A stretch of 56,921 bases of DNA, counting the filler, from Sphacelaria rigidula (lineage: Eukaryota): the NCBI GenBank assembly GCA_964200075.2. It is 7 parts of 7 records of this genome, joined end to end, with 100 filler letters (N's around TTAATTAATTAA, not from the genome) between each part and the next. Parts side by side here need not be neighbours in the genome. Positions count along the whole stretch, not along the records: positions 24,440 to 32,485 come from CAXNAA020012516.1; positions 32,586 to 40,631 come from CAXNAA020012517.1; 5 more parts are not named here. One strand, 5' to 3'. The notes under the pieces are model-generated. The model made no database searches. It was not told the DNA's origin and saw only the letters and a list, made by a program, of their open reading frames with translations. A program made the translations under genes and the position numbers. Positions 25,061 through 37,569 of this stretch are shown here, one piece after another (the stretch's first letter is position 1; every line of letters starts with the position of its first letter).

Positions 25061-25774
25061 AATGTGTCGGACTGCGTGGGGGAGAGTTGTGCAATACTTT
25101 ATAGCGGGTGGCACCCAAAGTATTTCGGGGACACAGTCTTCGCCGTCGGCAGCGATGTTACCAAGTTGAGAAGCATGGAAGTTTTGCGGGTCATGGGTTT
25201 TAGGCTGGGAAGCCAGAATGGAACACGTTCATCCGCCTGAATGCCGCTCGCTGATCGCTCCGATTTCATTAAACATATAATTTGGGGTATGCTGGGCACC
25301 GGAACGAGCGCAAGGGGTTGCCACAGTACTGAGCACGCGACCGTGGACGGATGCAGAGCCTGTGCGCCGAAGGTATGCGGTGTACGTTCAACAACGTCGT
25401 GCCGAAGATTAGGCCTTGTCTTGTGCAAACACCAACGCCGACAGTATGCTAGGTCACCACCACGCGGGACTAGGTATTACTAACAGCGATTTCTACTCTT
25501 GGCTGGAGGGTATTACGCCAACAGGTGTGGATAAAAGGAAGTCTGAAGATGATACGCTGGCTGGCGACCAACTAGCGGTGCCGGTGCCGGCGCCAGCGCT
25601 CGCCAAGCCGCTGAAGTTTTTGGACAGATCGCGCTCGGGTGAACTAATTGAAGCGACATTCTGAAACACCCACAATCTAGGCGGTGATGCACACATGGTA
25701 TCCAACCTGAAACCTTCTTCACAGGTGACGAGGGTAGGATAGGGTACCATTGATATCCCGGATTTTGGAGAACT

Positions 25775-26087
25775 CAATACCCCAGGGTACCCAGAGAATC
25801 GACTGATGAAGATACACAGAATCCTAGGCTACCCAGGGTATTGACAGTCAGAAATACTCAGTATTCCAAGGTACCCAGGGTATCGACAGCCAAAAATACG
25901 CAGTGGTATACATTGATTGATTGATTATCTCACATGAGCTGAGTGTCGAAAATACTGAACACCACGGGGTACCTCGGGTGCTCGCCCCCCGAAATACCCG
26001 ATGTGCTACGGGAAGTACTGAGTACAATCTCAGTTTTTTGCGTACCGAAGGTACCGATTGTCGAAACAACTCAGTATTCCAGGGTAC
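25775..26087. repeat. Degenerate CAGTATTCCAGGGTAC minisatellite-like repeat, split by the Gypsy insertion and continuing at 31379-31620
   Basis: Motif copies near 25859, 26072 and 31550, with GGGTACCC and AGTACT variants on both sides of the LTR element. Confidence 0.6.
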
Positions 26088-26489
26088 TGTAGCCAAATGA
26101 TACCAATCCGTAGGTTTCAGTATGATCGCATGCATGATTGGAGCAGTCTTGGATTGATGGCCCCTATCTGTGTGGCCCCTTGCTGTCTGGCTCATGATGT
26201 GGTCTGTTTCTGGATTACTCCGTGATAATAACAAGTGAGGAGAGAGGACTCGTCGAGCACGAGGCCAGTGATATTGGAAGAGTCCCTCGTTGATAGTCCT
26301 CTTGTCCAGATCGTCTAGATATTATTCTTCCGGCATTCTGTTAGAGGAGTTGTGGCTGAGGAGAAAATGGGCTGCAGCAGGAAGCCAGTTTAGCCCGCAG
26401 ACAGAGGGACAACTTGAAGCGCCCAGCAGATGGGGATGCTCCGTGGGCTGGAGGACGCACAGTGAAGTGTTGAATTCTAGTCTATAAGA

Positions 26490-27301
26490 CTCGAGCGGCG
26501 GCAGCACCGCTGGTGTTAGGTGAGTGATTAGAACCGCCAGAGTATGGCGAAGTGTGGACAGAGGAGGCATCACGCGTCTTTTTCGCAGCATATATCGACT
26601 ATCTAGAAAGATTTCATCTGGCCAATGCCACAGTAGCCGTACGGCATGAGAGAGTGAACATCGAACAACGTATCCCGACCTATACTCACCGGTGCTTCGA
26701 AGATGTGTACAAAGACCGTCGGGCTATGACCCCCGACGAATTGCTATACGCAGTGAAGCAGCATGCGGGGTACACTAAAACCGGCGGCAAGCATGACACT
26801 GCGCGAGCTGCAGCAGACCTACGTAGAGTTTTTACTATGCCACACAGCGGTGGGAAATCTGTCAAGGACCGTGCGATGATGATCAGTTCAGCTATGGAAA
26901 GGTGTTTCTCAGAAAACCTGACGGTGCACGCCACGTACCGTGCGGAGGACAGGAGTTGGTTGCCAGGCCCGGCCGAGTCGGTTTCCATAGCTTTGGTGGA
27001 CGGGGCTTTGCCCCCGGAATCGTATGTTAGAAGTGTACTAACGTATGTTGACGGCTGGAAAAAGAACCCGACGGTGGTGTTCAACACGACGTTTGAGGCC
27101 GCCGACCAGTGGAAGTTTATTGAAGCACATGACCGGCGCGATTTGGCAACAAGTGCAGGTGTTATGCGCCGCAAACAGCAGCAACAACAGAAACAGCAGC
27201 CGTTTTCGCGAGAGTCGTCCACTCGCGCGTGTTACAATTGCGGCGACACCGAACATCTGATCAAGGATTCCCCCGAGCCTCGCGCTCAAGGGGCTGCATA
27301 G
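26490..27301 (+). pseudogene. gag: Gypsy gag (degenerate) with zinc knuckle
   Basis: CYNCGDTEHLIKDSP is a CCHC knuckle with the last C changed to S. Homologous to 52318-53120. The N-terminus is frameshifted. Confidence 0.8.
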
Positions 27302-27704
27302 GGCAATGCGCGAGATTCATCAGGATCTCGAGGCGGTCGTCACGGTGGACGGGGCCGTGCCAACCAAGGACGCGGGCGCGGTAGCAAGCAATCGGCGGCG
27401 GGTGGTGGTTTCTCCGCTGCCGTTTCTTCCACTTCGTCATCAGGTGGTGACTCCGGAGCTGATGGTTCGTCAGTAGCGGGGTGGGCTGTGTACGTGGGAA
27501 GTGCAAGTACTTCGGTGGGGAGTGCTGGAGCGAATAGTTTGCAACCCCTCGGCCAGGTAGGATCCGTGTCTGGTGCATTTCCTACTGCTGCGACGTCTGT
27601 AACAGCGCCGCCTGCATATTCGGCGACTTGGTCTGGTTGGACCGACGATTCGCAGCTATCGATGTCAAGTGCTGGAGAGCAGCCCTGGCGTCAGGTGACT
27701 GTTC

Positions 27705-30700
27705 GTGGTACCTGTCAATCGCAAGGCTGAATGCTTACGCGCAGATTTAACCTTGCCTGGTTCTGTAGGTTCGTTCATGGCCCGCGTTATTCTGGATCCT
27801 GGGTCAGCGCTCAGGTCGATCGGTGTGGGGTTGTTAGAGCAAATCGTTTCGCAGCATGGCGGCGCTCAGCTGCAGATTCCGTTCGAGAATGGACCGCAAA
27901 CGGCGCAGACCGCCACGGGTGCTCCCGTGACGGTTACGCATAAACCGGTGCCGATTACTGTTAGCGTGCGTACGCCGTGGGGGGCTATGGAGTTGCAGCC
28001 CATTACTTTCTCTGTCATGCCCGGTAGGGACAATGTGGTTCTATTTGGGATGGCGACGATGAAGGAGCTCGGGATTGATCTGTATCCGCTGGCGTTGGAT
28101 AAGTTACGCCCGCGTGCTGTGCCGGTGCAAACTGGCGTGGAAAACCCCAGCTATCTTGCTGCAAGGCGTGTGATCGTATCCATATGGTCGTTCCAGAGCG
28201 CCAATGAGGAGGAGGCTCTTGCGGATGCAGCGGTGGAGCGCTTGGTCGATCGGGGGCCTGCTATGTTCATGGACCCAGCGGAGGAGAGAGGTGCAAGAAA
28301 ACGTGCGCTTGAGGATAGCGTGGAGCAGGCCGAGCAGAAGGACCTGAGCGCCAATTACGCACATTGTCTGCGTGGTATTCTGGCTCGTCGCGTAGATACA
28401 TTTCGACGTGCGCTGCGTGGTGATCCGCCAGCGCGCGTTGAGCCCGTGAGGGTGAAGCGTCAGCCCCAGGCAAATGCGGTGAAGGCCAAGCCCAGACGAT
28501 ACGATCCGATGAAGACCGGGTGACTTGTCTCATGCGTCGCAGCTTTGGTGGCGTTTGGTTTAGTGGTGAGGAGCATTCAGGCTGTGTGGACGAGTCCGGC
28601 GATGGCGGTGCCGAAAACGGACACATTCCGTTTGGTCAGCGACTATCAGGCGGTGAACGCCCAAGTGGAACAGTCTCCGGGGGTGATGCCAAGCCAACAA
28701 GACATGCGGGAGTTGCCAGGAGCCCAATACTTAGGCAAGTTGGACCTGCTACAGGGGTATTGGCAGATGCCTCTGGCGCCGGAGGCTCAGGAGATCCTCC
28801 CGGTCGTCACGCTTAACGGTTTGTTTCCGCCTACTCGTTTCCCGCAGGGCGTATTGAATGCCACGGCGTATTTCCAAGGTGTGCTGACTGACATTTTGCA
28901 AGGTCTAGACTGTAAAGTGTGGGTGGATGACGTGCTCTATTTTGCTGAAACCGACGAAGCACCGTCAGCTTTGCTTGACGACATTCTTGGCCGCTTGGAG
29001 AGTGTTGGTCTGTTCGTCGCTGCGCATAAGTGTACTCTTTTTGCCCGCGAAGTGGTTTGGTGTGGTAAGGTGTACTCTAAGGGTAGTGTTTCGCATGATC
29101 TCGTCCGTATTCAAAGTTTGAGCAATATGCGACGTCCTCGAACCGCTAGTGAGCTGATGCTGGTTCTGCAGGCGGTGAAATGGTTGTGGACTTCACTCCC
29201 GCGCATGGCGGAAGCAGTTGCGCCGCTTCGAGTATTTCTGGAACAACTTATGGTCGGGGCTTCGCGTCGGATCAAGCGGGCGGCGCGTAATCGTACCATC
29301 CCGGAGGACGCTTGGACGAAGGATCGTGTGCGGGCATGGTGTGCTGCGCAAGATTTGGTGGGGCAAGCGGTGCCACTGTATCATCCTCGTTCAGGGTGCG
29401 CTGTTCTAATGTTTCGAGGTGCTTCAGATTTTCACTGGGGTAGCTTTTTGACGCAAGTGCCTGTCGCAGAGTTTAGTAGTGGCATTGCGCTCAAAAACAT
29501 GTCACACGAACCGTTGGCTTTTCTGAGTGGTAGTTTTAAGGCTTCACAGTTGCGGTGGGCGACAGTGAACAAAGAAGGTTTCGCGATAGTCGATACATTT
29601 CGAAGGCTAGAGTACTTGCTTTGGGGTGGTGTTCGCATTTTCACCGATCATCGCAATCTAAAATACATTTTGAACCTCGAAGAGTGTGTCACATCGGTAA
29701 CGAAGGCCATGGCACTTCGGCTTGAGAATTGGAAAGGAGTACTAGGCGAATACCGGTATGCCGTTAACCACATTCCTGGAGAGCGCAACTGTTGGGGAGA
29801 TTTGTTGTCCCGCTGGGTGAAGATCCTACCGTGCCTGTTCGTTCTGTTGCCGTATACAGCCTGTGTGATGCCGATGATTTGCTGCCCTCGTTAAATGTCA
29901 TTCGTACCGCGCAGCGCAAAACAGTCGGCGAAGGTGTTCATTCTTTTCCTACGATTTTCGGCAAAGCTACTTTGGCTGACGATGGTTTGTTTTGCGTGCG
30001 TGTTGGCAGTAGTGATGGCTTGTGTATTCCGTCGGATAATAAGGCTCTACAAACTCGCTTGATGGTGTGCGCTCACATGCGATCGGCTAGTCATCGTGGT
30101 GTGGCGCCGACTCTGTTTCGTTTGAAATAATGCTGTGTGTGGCCCCACATGGATTCCCACGTTCGCGAACTCGTTCGCCAGTGTTTGCATTGTGTAGACA
30201 CTCGTGCTGTTGCAATTGTACCTCGTCCGTATGGCGATACTGTGCATGGTACTGCGCCAGGTGAAGTGGTTCACCTTGATTTTCTGTACGCCGGAAGTAG
30301 CGAACCTGAAGGTACTAATGGTTTGCCTGAGGAGGATGGTTTTCGGTACGTTTTGGTTATCATGGACGATTTGTCAAATTTCGTTTGCTTGGGGCCGACC
30401 GAGGCTTGCACCGCCGAGGCTACGGCGAAGCACTTGCTCCATTGGTGCAAGACTTTGGGGGTACCGCGTGTTCGGGTTAGTGATACCGCCACGCACTTCA
30501 AGAATCGAGTGATCCCGCCGCTGAGCGATGCGCTCAAGGTGCAACACCAATTTTCTGTTGCGTACACCCCTTGGTCGAATGGTGCTTGTGAACGCATGGT
30601 GAAAGCGGTTATTCGTGCGTTGCGGTTCATTTTGTCGGAACAGCGACCGCCGGTGTCTGAATGGATTGGTGTTTTGCCAGCCGCTCAGAGGGTGTTGAAT

Positions 30701-31115
30701 ACTTCTTTTCGTGAACGCTACCGTAACACTCCTTATTGTGTGATGTTTGGGCGTGCACCGCGAACAGCGTTTTCCGCGCTGACTTTTGTCACTGGCGGCG
30801 AGTGGAACGCCGATGTCATGGATGCTGATTCGTTGCGTGACAAGGTTCGAGGCGTGATTGACGAGCAAGGGAGGTTTTGTAACGAAGTGCAAGCTGCTGT
30901 CGCGGTGTCTCGCGAAACTAAATACAAGCTTGCTCGGGGCCAGGCTGTGTTGCCCAAGTTTGCAGTTGGCGATTTCGTATTGTATGCCCATATTCGTAGG
31001 CAAGGTGTGACGCCAAAGTTGATGTCCACGTGGACAGGTCCGTGGCGAGTGGTCGGAGCCGACCACGCTCACGTGTATTCGGTGCAGAACATTGTTTCTG
31101 GCGCCGTGCACTCGC
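27705..31115 (+). pseudogene. pol: Gypsy pol: aspartic protease, RT, RNase H, integrase (frameshifted)
   Basis: PR VILDPGSAL; RT KLDLLQGYWQ, FPQG and VWVDDVL; RNase H FTDHRNL; IN H..H..CLHC, HLDF, SDTATHF, NGACERM and TGPW. Confidence 0.95.
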
Positions 31116-32764
31116 CCTCCTTTCCAAATGATACCAAGCCGTAGGTTTCAGTATAATCGCATGCATGATTGGAGCAGTGGAAGGGAACAGGGGATCCTGA
31201 ATTGATGCCCCCCTATCTGTGTGGCCCCTTGCTGTCTGGCTCATGATGTGGTCTGTTTCTGGATCACTCCGTGATAATAACAAGCGAGGAGAAAGGACTT
31301 GTCGAGCACGAGGCCAGTGATACTGGAGGAGTCCCTCGTTGAAAGTCCTCTTGTCCAGATCGTCTGGCAGAGGCTACAGTACCTCCAGTGTCCACCCTTC
31401 TAAACACCCGGTGATATACTCGGAGTACTCAACATGTACTGAGTACCGCGAATACCACCTGTCGAACGTACTCAGTCATATAGGGCACATGGGGCTTGGA
31501 ATGCTGAAAGTACTTGGTATTCAGGAGTATCCAGGGTGCACAAATTACTCAGTATTCCAGGGTACCCAGGGGAAGGAGTGCCACAAATACTCGGTATCCC
31601 GGAGCCCTCAGGGCATCGTGACTCGAAAATGCTGCCATTCTAAGGCAGATACGCAGTGTTGGACGATGATCTGAAGTGACTAGCTTACAACCTGGCTTCG
31701 TTACAGCCGGCCTTCTCAATATTGATGCCAACACAATATCAAATTGCCTGCATGTATCCTGAAGTTGATTATACTTGGCATGAAGAATACGCGGCAGGAA
31801 GCTGCCTGGTTGTATTCTAAACTATTCGTACACAAACACATATATGTGTGTGTGTTTGCATACTGATTCTGCATCTCTTCTGGCTGTTTGATATTACAAA
31901 CACTTTGAGCTCCATGGAAGACGAGATACTTGTTTTCGCGGTTGATCATCTTGTCGGGCATATAGAAACGTGTAGAGTGTACGATGTATCAGGGTACCAG
32001 TTCTTCGAAGTTGGTTGAGTCGACGCTACTCTTACTTTAGATTAAACGCCCGCGAGAGAAGCCGTTCCGCCGATCCCGATCAACCACGACTGCAGGTTTC
32101 CACAAGTCAAAACACCCCAGCCCTGCCCTCCTCTCCTCTTTCACAATCACGAACCTATCCTTTGTATACTGCAGTGCAGATAGTTCTCAGCAGTGGACTC
32201 GGTATAAGCCACACGTGATACCCAGCAAGGAGGACAGCACTACGTATGATCGGCGGCGGAGGTGTAGCGTTTGCAGGTGTTTTGAACTACGGTGCGGTCC
32301 TCTAAGCACGCGGTCCTCTCACGCATTACACCATCGCCAACCCCACATGACCGCCCCCTCCAAAGCCGGGATGGTGCACGCCGGGTTTTCGCCGGACCAG
32401 GCGCGCACGGGGGGGGGGGGGGGGGGGTTGTTTTCCGAAAAACCTCCCTCTGTAATTTTTTTCTCTTTCCCCTTTTTTTTTTCCCNNNNNNNNNNNNNNN
32501 NNNNNNNNNNNNNNNNNNNNNNNNNNNNNTTAATTAATTAANNNNNNNNNNNNNNNNNNNNNNNNNNNNNNNNNNNNNNNNNNNNAGGGTATGAGATGTC
32601 CCAAATACCGGTACCGGGTACCTACCTTACCTACGGTGCCTGTGGAACGGTGCTCCGTCTCGGAAGGGATGCATGGTCAGCTGGCTAGGCAAGCGACGAC
32701 TGAGTACCCCCGCTCCCACCCCCCACGCGCGCCCTTGCTCCCCGTTCGCGTTGTGCTTGTACAG

Positions 32765-33109
32765 CTGTGGGACACTCGGCATGCGCTCCGACCCCTGGTA
32801 GCACTTGAGCATAGCCCACCCGAGCGCCATGGCAGCAGCAGCAGCATCAGCAGTAGCAGCAGAAACGGTGCTAGGGGCACAATGAATGGACAAATTGCTC
32901 TACACGAAGTACCTCCCATGCCTATATCCTCCAGCTCCTCCAGTCCTGGCAGAGGTGGTTCTACTAGGGGCAGTGTCAGGAGAAAACCACGCGCTGTCGG
33001 GCGCGATGTGGGTGAGATTCGGGGCGGGGGAGTAGTGGCGCGGGAGATTTCGGACGCAGGGAGGCCGTATGGAGTGTCCTCCGTCCATGCTCGCGACTAT
33101 TCGGTGGCG
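32765..33109 (+). CDS. Probable exon of a WD40-repeat protein with a Ser/Gly/Arg-rich insertion
   Basis: TTGTACAG acceptor and GCG|GTGAGT donor; 345 bp, phase 0 to 0, open frame. Begins LWDTR (WD motif) and ends RPYGVSSVHARDYSVA. Confidence 0.55.
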
Positions 33110-33368
33110 GTGAGTTTCTACAGTATGCTCAGGGTTGTAACCCTCCCCCGTCTTTCTCGGGGAGAATCTGTAGTCATCCGGGATCTACCCATTTCTATGC
33201 GGTAAAACTTGCTTGCGCTTTGTTGTGGAGCGTGGATGATGACTATCAGCACTCGCGCAAATCGTTAATGTTTTATGGAATATTCACCCGAGATGCTTGC
33301 TGTGGTGTCCTCATGATCATGCATGCCCTAGTCATATGCTTGCTGTGGGGGGGGGGAGTTGATTCCTT

Positions 33369-33530
33369 GGATGGATGGTTGGTCGTCTCACCTTAACTGA
33401 TCCACTGCAAGTCCAGCCGTGGCCATATACCAAGCACATGTACCCAATGCAAATAAGCGGAAAGAGGAGCACACGGGACGGGCATGAGAATAACCCTGGC
33501 ACAGTAAGTACCTTCGGGTAGAACATGTAC
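33369..33530 (-). mobile_element. Retroposon 3' tail ending in a (CATC)n-like microsatellite
   Basis: Minus strand reads CACGGCTGGA...TCAGTTAA..GACCAACCATCCATCC, homologous to 36478-36553. Confidence 0.5.
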
Positions 33531-34069
33531 AGTTGTGTTTCTCGTAATTTCCCCCCCCTGTTTTTTCAGACGCCTTGTTTGACCAACGTCGACAGTCTTG
33601 CCAAAGTCCCGACGTTGAAAGAAAGTGCTGTTGTGTCTTGTACGGTTTTGTTTTGTCTTTCCCCACCCTAAATTGTAAATTTTGAAGATTACGGGCTTAC
33701 CGGTCACCGGGGGTCCTTGCTTCACCTGTTTCCTGGCTCTTGACTCTTCAGACGCCGCTTTGGATCGCATTGATCCCGACTGTATCTCTGAACAACTTGC
33801 TGGCTTCAAACTTAGTTCTTTTTTCACAATTCATTGTGCCGGGGGCGAAAAATGGGATTTTCGGTGAATTTTCGACAACTTCCGGGCTGTCCGTGGGCGT
33901 TATTTTTTTGTGGCGATTTTACACAGTTTCAAGCACGGCGCACTATGTTCATTGATCCTCGGGAATGATGGAACGTTTCCCGAAAGGAGATTTCATCTTT
34001 TCGATCAACGTCGACAAGTTGCGGGCTTACCAGTATTTTGGGGTCTGAGGTTGTACACTTCTTACATCT

Positions 34070-34317
34070 GACACTTTCTACGATAGCCCCCCCCCCAAAG
34101 TGCATGGTTGTCGGAGGCAAAATTTCCACGTAAACCGAAATGGGAAAAGCCGAGCACAACGAGCAGCTGGGAATTCCCACGCTTGGGTTCGTCCTAGACA
34201 ACGTCGCCACTATGAAGCTCTTCATGAGGCCTGAACCCAAACAGCAGGGGTTGTATCGCCAGTTTTTTCTTGACACTTTTGGGCTGGTTTTGAGGGGGGG
34301 CTATCGTAGAAAGTGTC
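34070..34317 (-). mobile_element. MITE copy (GACACTTTCTACG TIR), 4-bp TSD ATCT
   Basis: TIRs GACACTTTCTACGATAGCCCCCCC / GGGGGGGCTATCGTAGAAAGTGTC with ATCT on both flanks. Interior is inverted relative to 6690-6940. Confidence 0.88.
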
Positions 34318-36477
34318 ATCTGACCCTTTTGATGCCGCTCTGGCTGGAGTCGATTCCGGTTTTTATATTTGAACAAAATATCCGCTTCCAATTCTTTCGA
34401 CATGGACAATTTTTTGCACTGTCCGCGAAGACAATTTTCCTGAGGGGGTGTGAAATGTGCGTCGACTGGGATCTTACATCGATTTTATCGTTCGATATGA
34501 CGGTAATAGACAGCGTTCGTTTGGAATTTTCCCCGTTTTTCGTCATGCCAATGCCTATTGCCTACCACTCCCTGAAGCAACCGTGTGAAATAAATCAGTT
34601 GAGCCGAAGCTCTTCACAAAAGGTGGATCTCACATGAGAAGTGGACGGAGCATATTCCGCCCAATGGGACTGCACACACTTGAACTCTCCTCTCTCTCGA
34701 GGTTTCGATACAGTCCCATTTTACCGCCTCATCGCAATGCACGACGAGCAGTTCATACTGCCCATAACCCCCGCGTTGGATCGCATATCGCATTACGCGA
34801 ATAAGAGAGGTTTTTCGCGTACAACCTGTCGCCGCCCTCCGTTGCGTGCATGGCCTGCGCCAACTTGCAGCACATATCCAGGGGACCGAAGCATGCGTAC
34901 ATCGCCCGCGTGTGTCACCGTGAGTGCTACGTTGCGTGTTGCGTGCAGTTTGCCTTGATCGAGATTGCCAAAGCGCGACTCGAAACCAAACGAACACCAT
35001 TTGAAAAGCAGACTGGTCGTGAATTCAGCTCAAACCTCACGCCTGACGCTGAGCGACGACTACGTGTTCCGCCTGACGCATGTACGCTCAACAAAGTTGG
35101 CACACGCCGTGCAACGGTGCAACACGGGGGTTTGCAAATCTTCTTCAGAGCATCAAATACATCAGTTGGCATTCCAATATTTCCCCGCAACAAGAGAGTG
35201 CTGAAAATGTTCCTCTAGAAAAAACAGGGGGGAAGAAATCCCGCGCCGACCCGCGTCGGTAGTCGTCAGATCTGTCTTGCGATATAGAGCCCTTACTGTT
35301 GGGGTCGTGCATCGGTGGGATTTACCGATATTATATGGAATCGTGTACGGGTAGGATCTCCTGACATGAGATCGAAAGATCGGTGCAGCCAGGTAGACGA
35401 TAGTATATAGGACGAGTACATACTATACACTGAGAGCACAGGCAGTACTACTACACTAAAGTTGGTACCGTCAGTGTGGTGGTACTCGAAGAGAGTGGCC
35501 AGTGCTGCAGGTACTTTTCTATTGACGTAAGTCCCACCATAACGCCTCACTGTGCATCGAAAAGCCATCTAGTTTCGCCGCAAGTGAAGCCAAATTTCAT
35601 TTTGTTGCTCTAGTGAAGCCAAATCGCGTGAAAAGGCACGTGCGGCGGGGGTGCCTCCGGCGGGGCTTCGCTGCGAACCCAAAGTACTGTCGTACTGGCA
35701 GGATCCAGTATGCTTGCTGGCTGTGCCGCTACCCAGCCCTAATATTTTTGCCATGCATCATCGCTTTCACCTTTATACCGCAAAAATGTCGGTGCCTGGG
35801 GAGTGCCGCAAGCACGAGCCGCGGGCGTTGAGCCCAAGCCGAATTCTTCATGAAAAAAAGGGAGGGGGAACTTGGTGGAAGCTCCGCCGGAGGGTGAAAA
35901 GTAGACGGGTGACGCTTGAGAAAGAGTGGTGCAACACGCACGCAAACTATCATCAGCAGCAATGAGGAATAAATAATGATAGTTGGAAACGTCTCCGAAA
36001 TGGAAGTAAATCAAATGTTGAAGGATTATTCTTTATTTTTCGCTCCCGCGAACTTGTAGTTTTTGGCCTCGTCGCACAGCATGCCAGCAGCAAGCAACTG
36101 ACGAGCTCCGACAGCGCGGTGCTGATGTAGGACGTGTTGGACGTGCACTCGGGTGAGCGCGTGCATCTGATTGATTTTGTGAAGCGAGACCCTTCGGCTG
36201 CTTGAGGTTGGGGTGTTGGGTGACTCTTTGGGCAACACTTTTACGACAGCTGCGAGTTCAGGTTTGCGCCTGTGAGAATCCACAGGGGCTATAATAACAA
36301 ACGGCATGTCCGTTGCCTTTTCGTGAGTCGTGAGAGCCAACAGATCCAGACCCTGAGGGGGGACATCGTTCACGACAAACTGCAATACTGTACTGCACTG
36401 TGCACCACCAACAACGTGTTTAGGGGTCATCGTCCAATGCGTTGACCTTCTATCGCCAGCTGCAAATAGCATGGCTG

Positions 36478-36730
36478 ATATTTGATTGATTGGTTGATCG
36501 ATTGGTTGATTGATTGTCGTACTTTAACTGACCCCCCAGGGATCCAGCCGTGGTGACATGATAGTGACATGATAGTGACATGATAGACACTGAAATACTC
36601 GCTAAAGAAAAACTCAGGAACAGAAAAAGTAAAACAGAACAATAGAATAGCTCAAGACAGAAACATGGAAAATGACAAGAAGAAAAGGAGAAATTGTTGG
36701 CCTCTGCCACATGGCTCCGGAGGGAAAATG
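36478..36730 (-). mobile_element. Retroposon 3' tail with (AATC)n end, possibly the 3' UTR end of the adjacent LINE
   Basis: Minus strand reads CACGGCTGGA...TCAGTTAA..GACAATCAATCAACCAATC, preceded by a pyrimidine-rich tract. Contains a 3x GTGACATGATA tandem repeat. Confidence 0.5.
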
Positions 36731-37569
36731 TCTTGCGCAGAATCACACTACATCCAGTCATGGGAAACGAAAGACCAGGGGAAAGAAAAGATTGCGGCTT
36801 ATATACGAGCGGGGCCAGCCAAGAGTAGGTGTGAATCTCGCTCAGGTGACGCACGGCGCGATATTAGGAGTTGGACGCTGGAATTTTGACAGCAGCTTTT
36901 TATGGTCGAAATGCAAAAGATGACGTGACCAACGGCAGCAAACGAAAAAGGAGGAGAAAAAGATGAAAGTCATGGGCATCTGAACTTTCAGCAAAAACAA
37001 GATAATGTCATAAGTCCAGGAATAAAAGGAGAATCTGCAGCTGCTCTCGTGAAGTATCAGTTCCTTGGGCGCAGAAGATCTACTTGAAATTTCAGCTCAA
37101 AAGTCGTCGAATTGTACCGTGCGTTCAACATTTTCCGTGGGAGACTCCAATGATGGTGGTCATGAGTTCGAATTCCGACAGATTCTTTTTTTTCGTCCGT
37201 CGCTAAGGTGATACATGATGCACTACATTTTTTTTTTTTCAATTTTTTTTCGATTCAGCGGCGGTGCCGTGTGTTACCAGGCTGGTATACACTTCACAGT
37301 GATATGCTTCCATCGGGTTCATTCGGGAAACTGGGAAAGCTGTGGTGTGAGCAACTTTTAGCCGCTTGTAAGCTGACCCAGCTCGTACGACAACCGCTCT
37401 GTTTAGGGTGTGGACCCTCTCATCCATGGAGAAACACGATGAAGCGGGGTACCACACTGCTAAGGCATTTACCATATACCGCCAGGAAAGAACACATGTA
37501 CAGAGAGAGCTATGCGGAAAAGGGAGAGCAGAGGGGAAGGAGACTGCAGAAGTGGTGAAGTCTGAAGAG

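Larger units (their letters stand above)
26088..31378 (+). mobile_element. Ty3/Gypsy LTR retrotransposon, decayed copy 1 (gag-PR-RT-RNaseH-IN), TSD GTAC
   Basis: LTR remnants at 26088-26316 and 31124-31378 (TGTAGCC...GGCTACA). GTAC on both flanks. Domain order PR-RT-RH-IN. Frameshifts and stops present. Confidence 0.96.
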
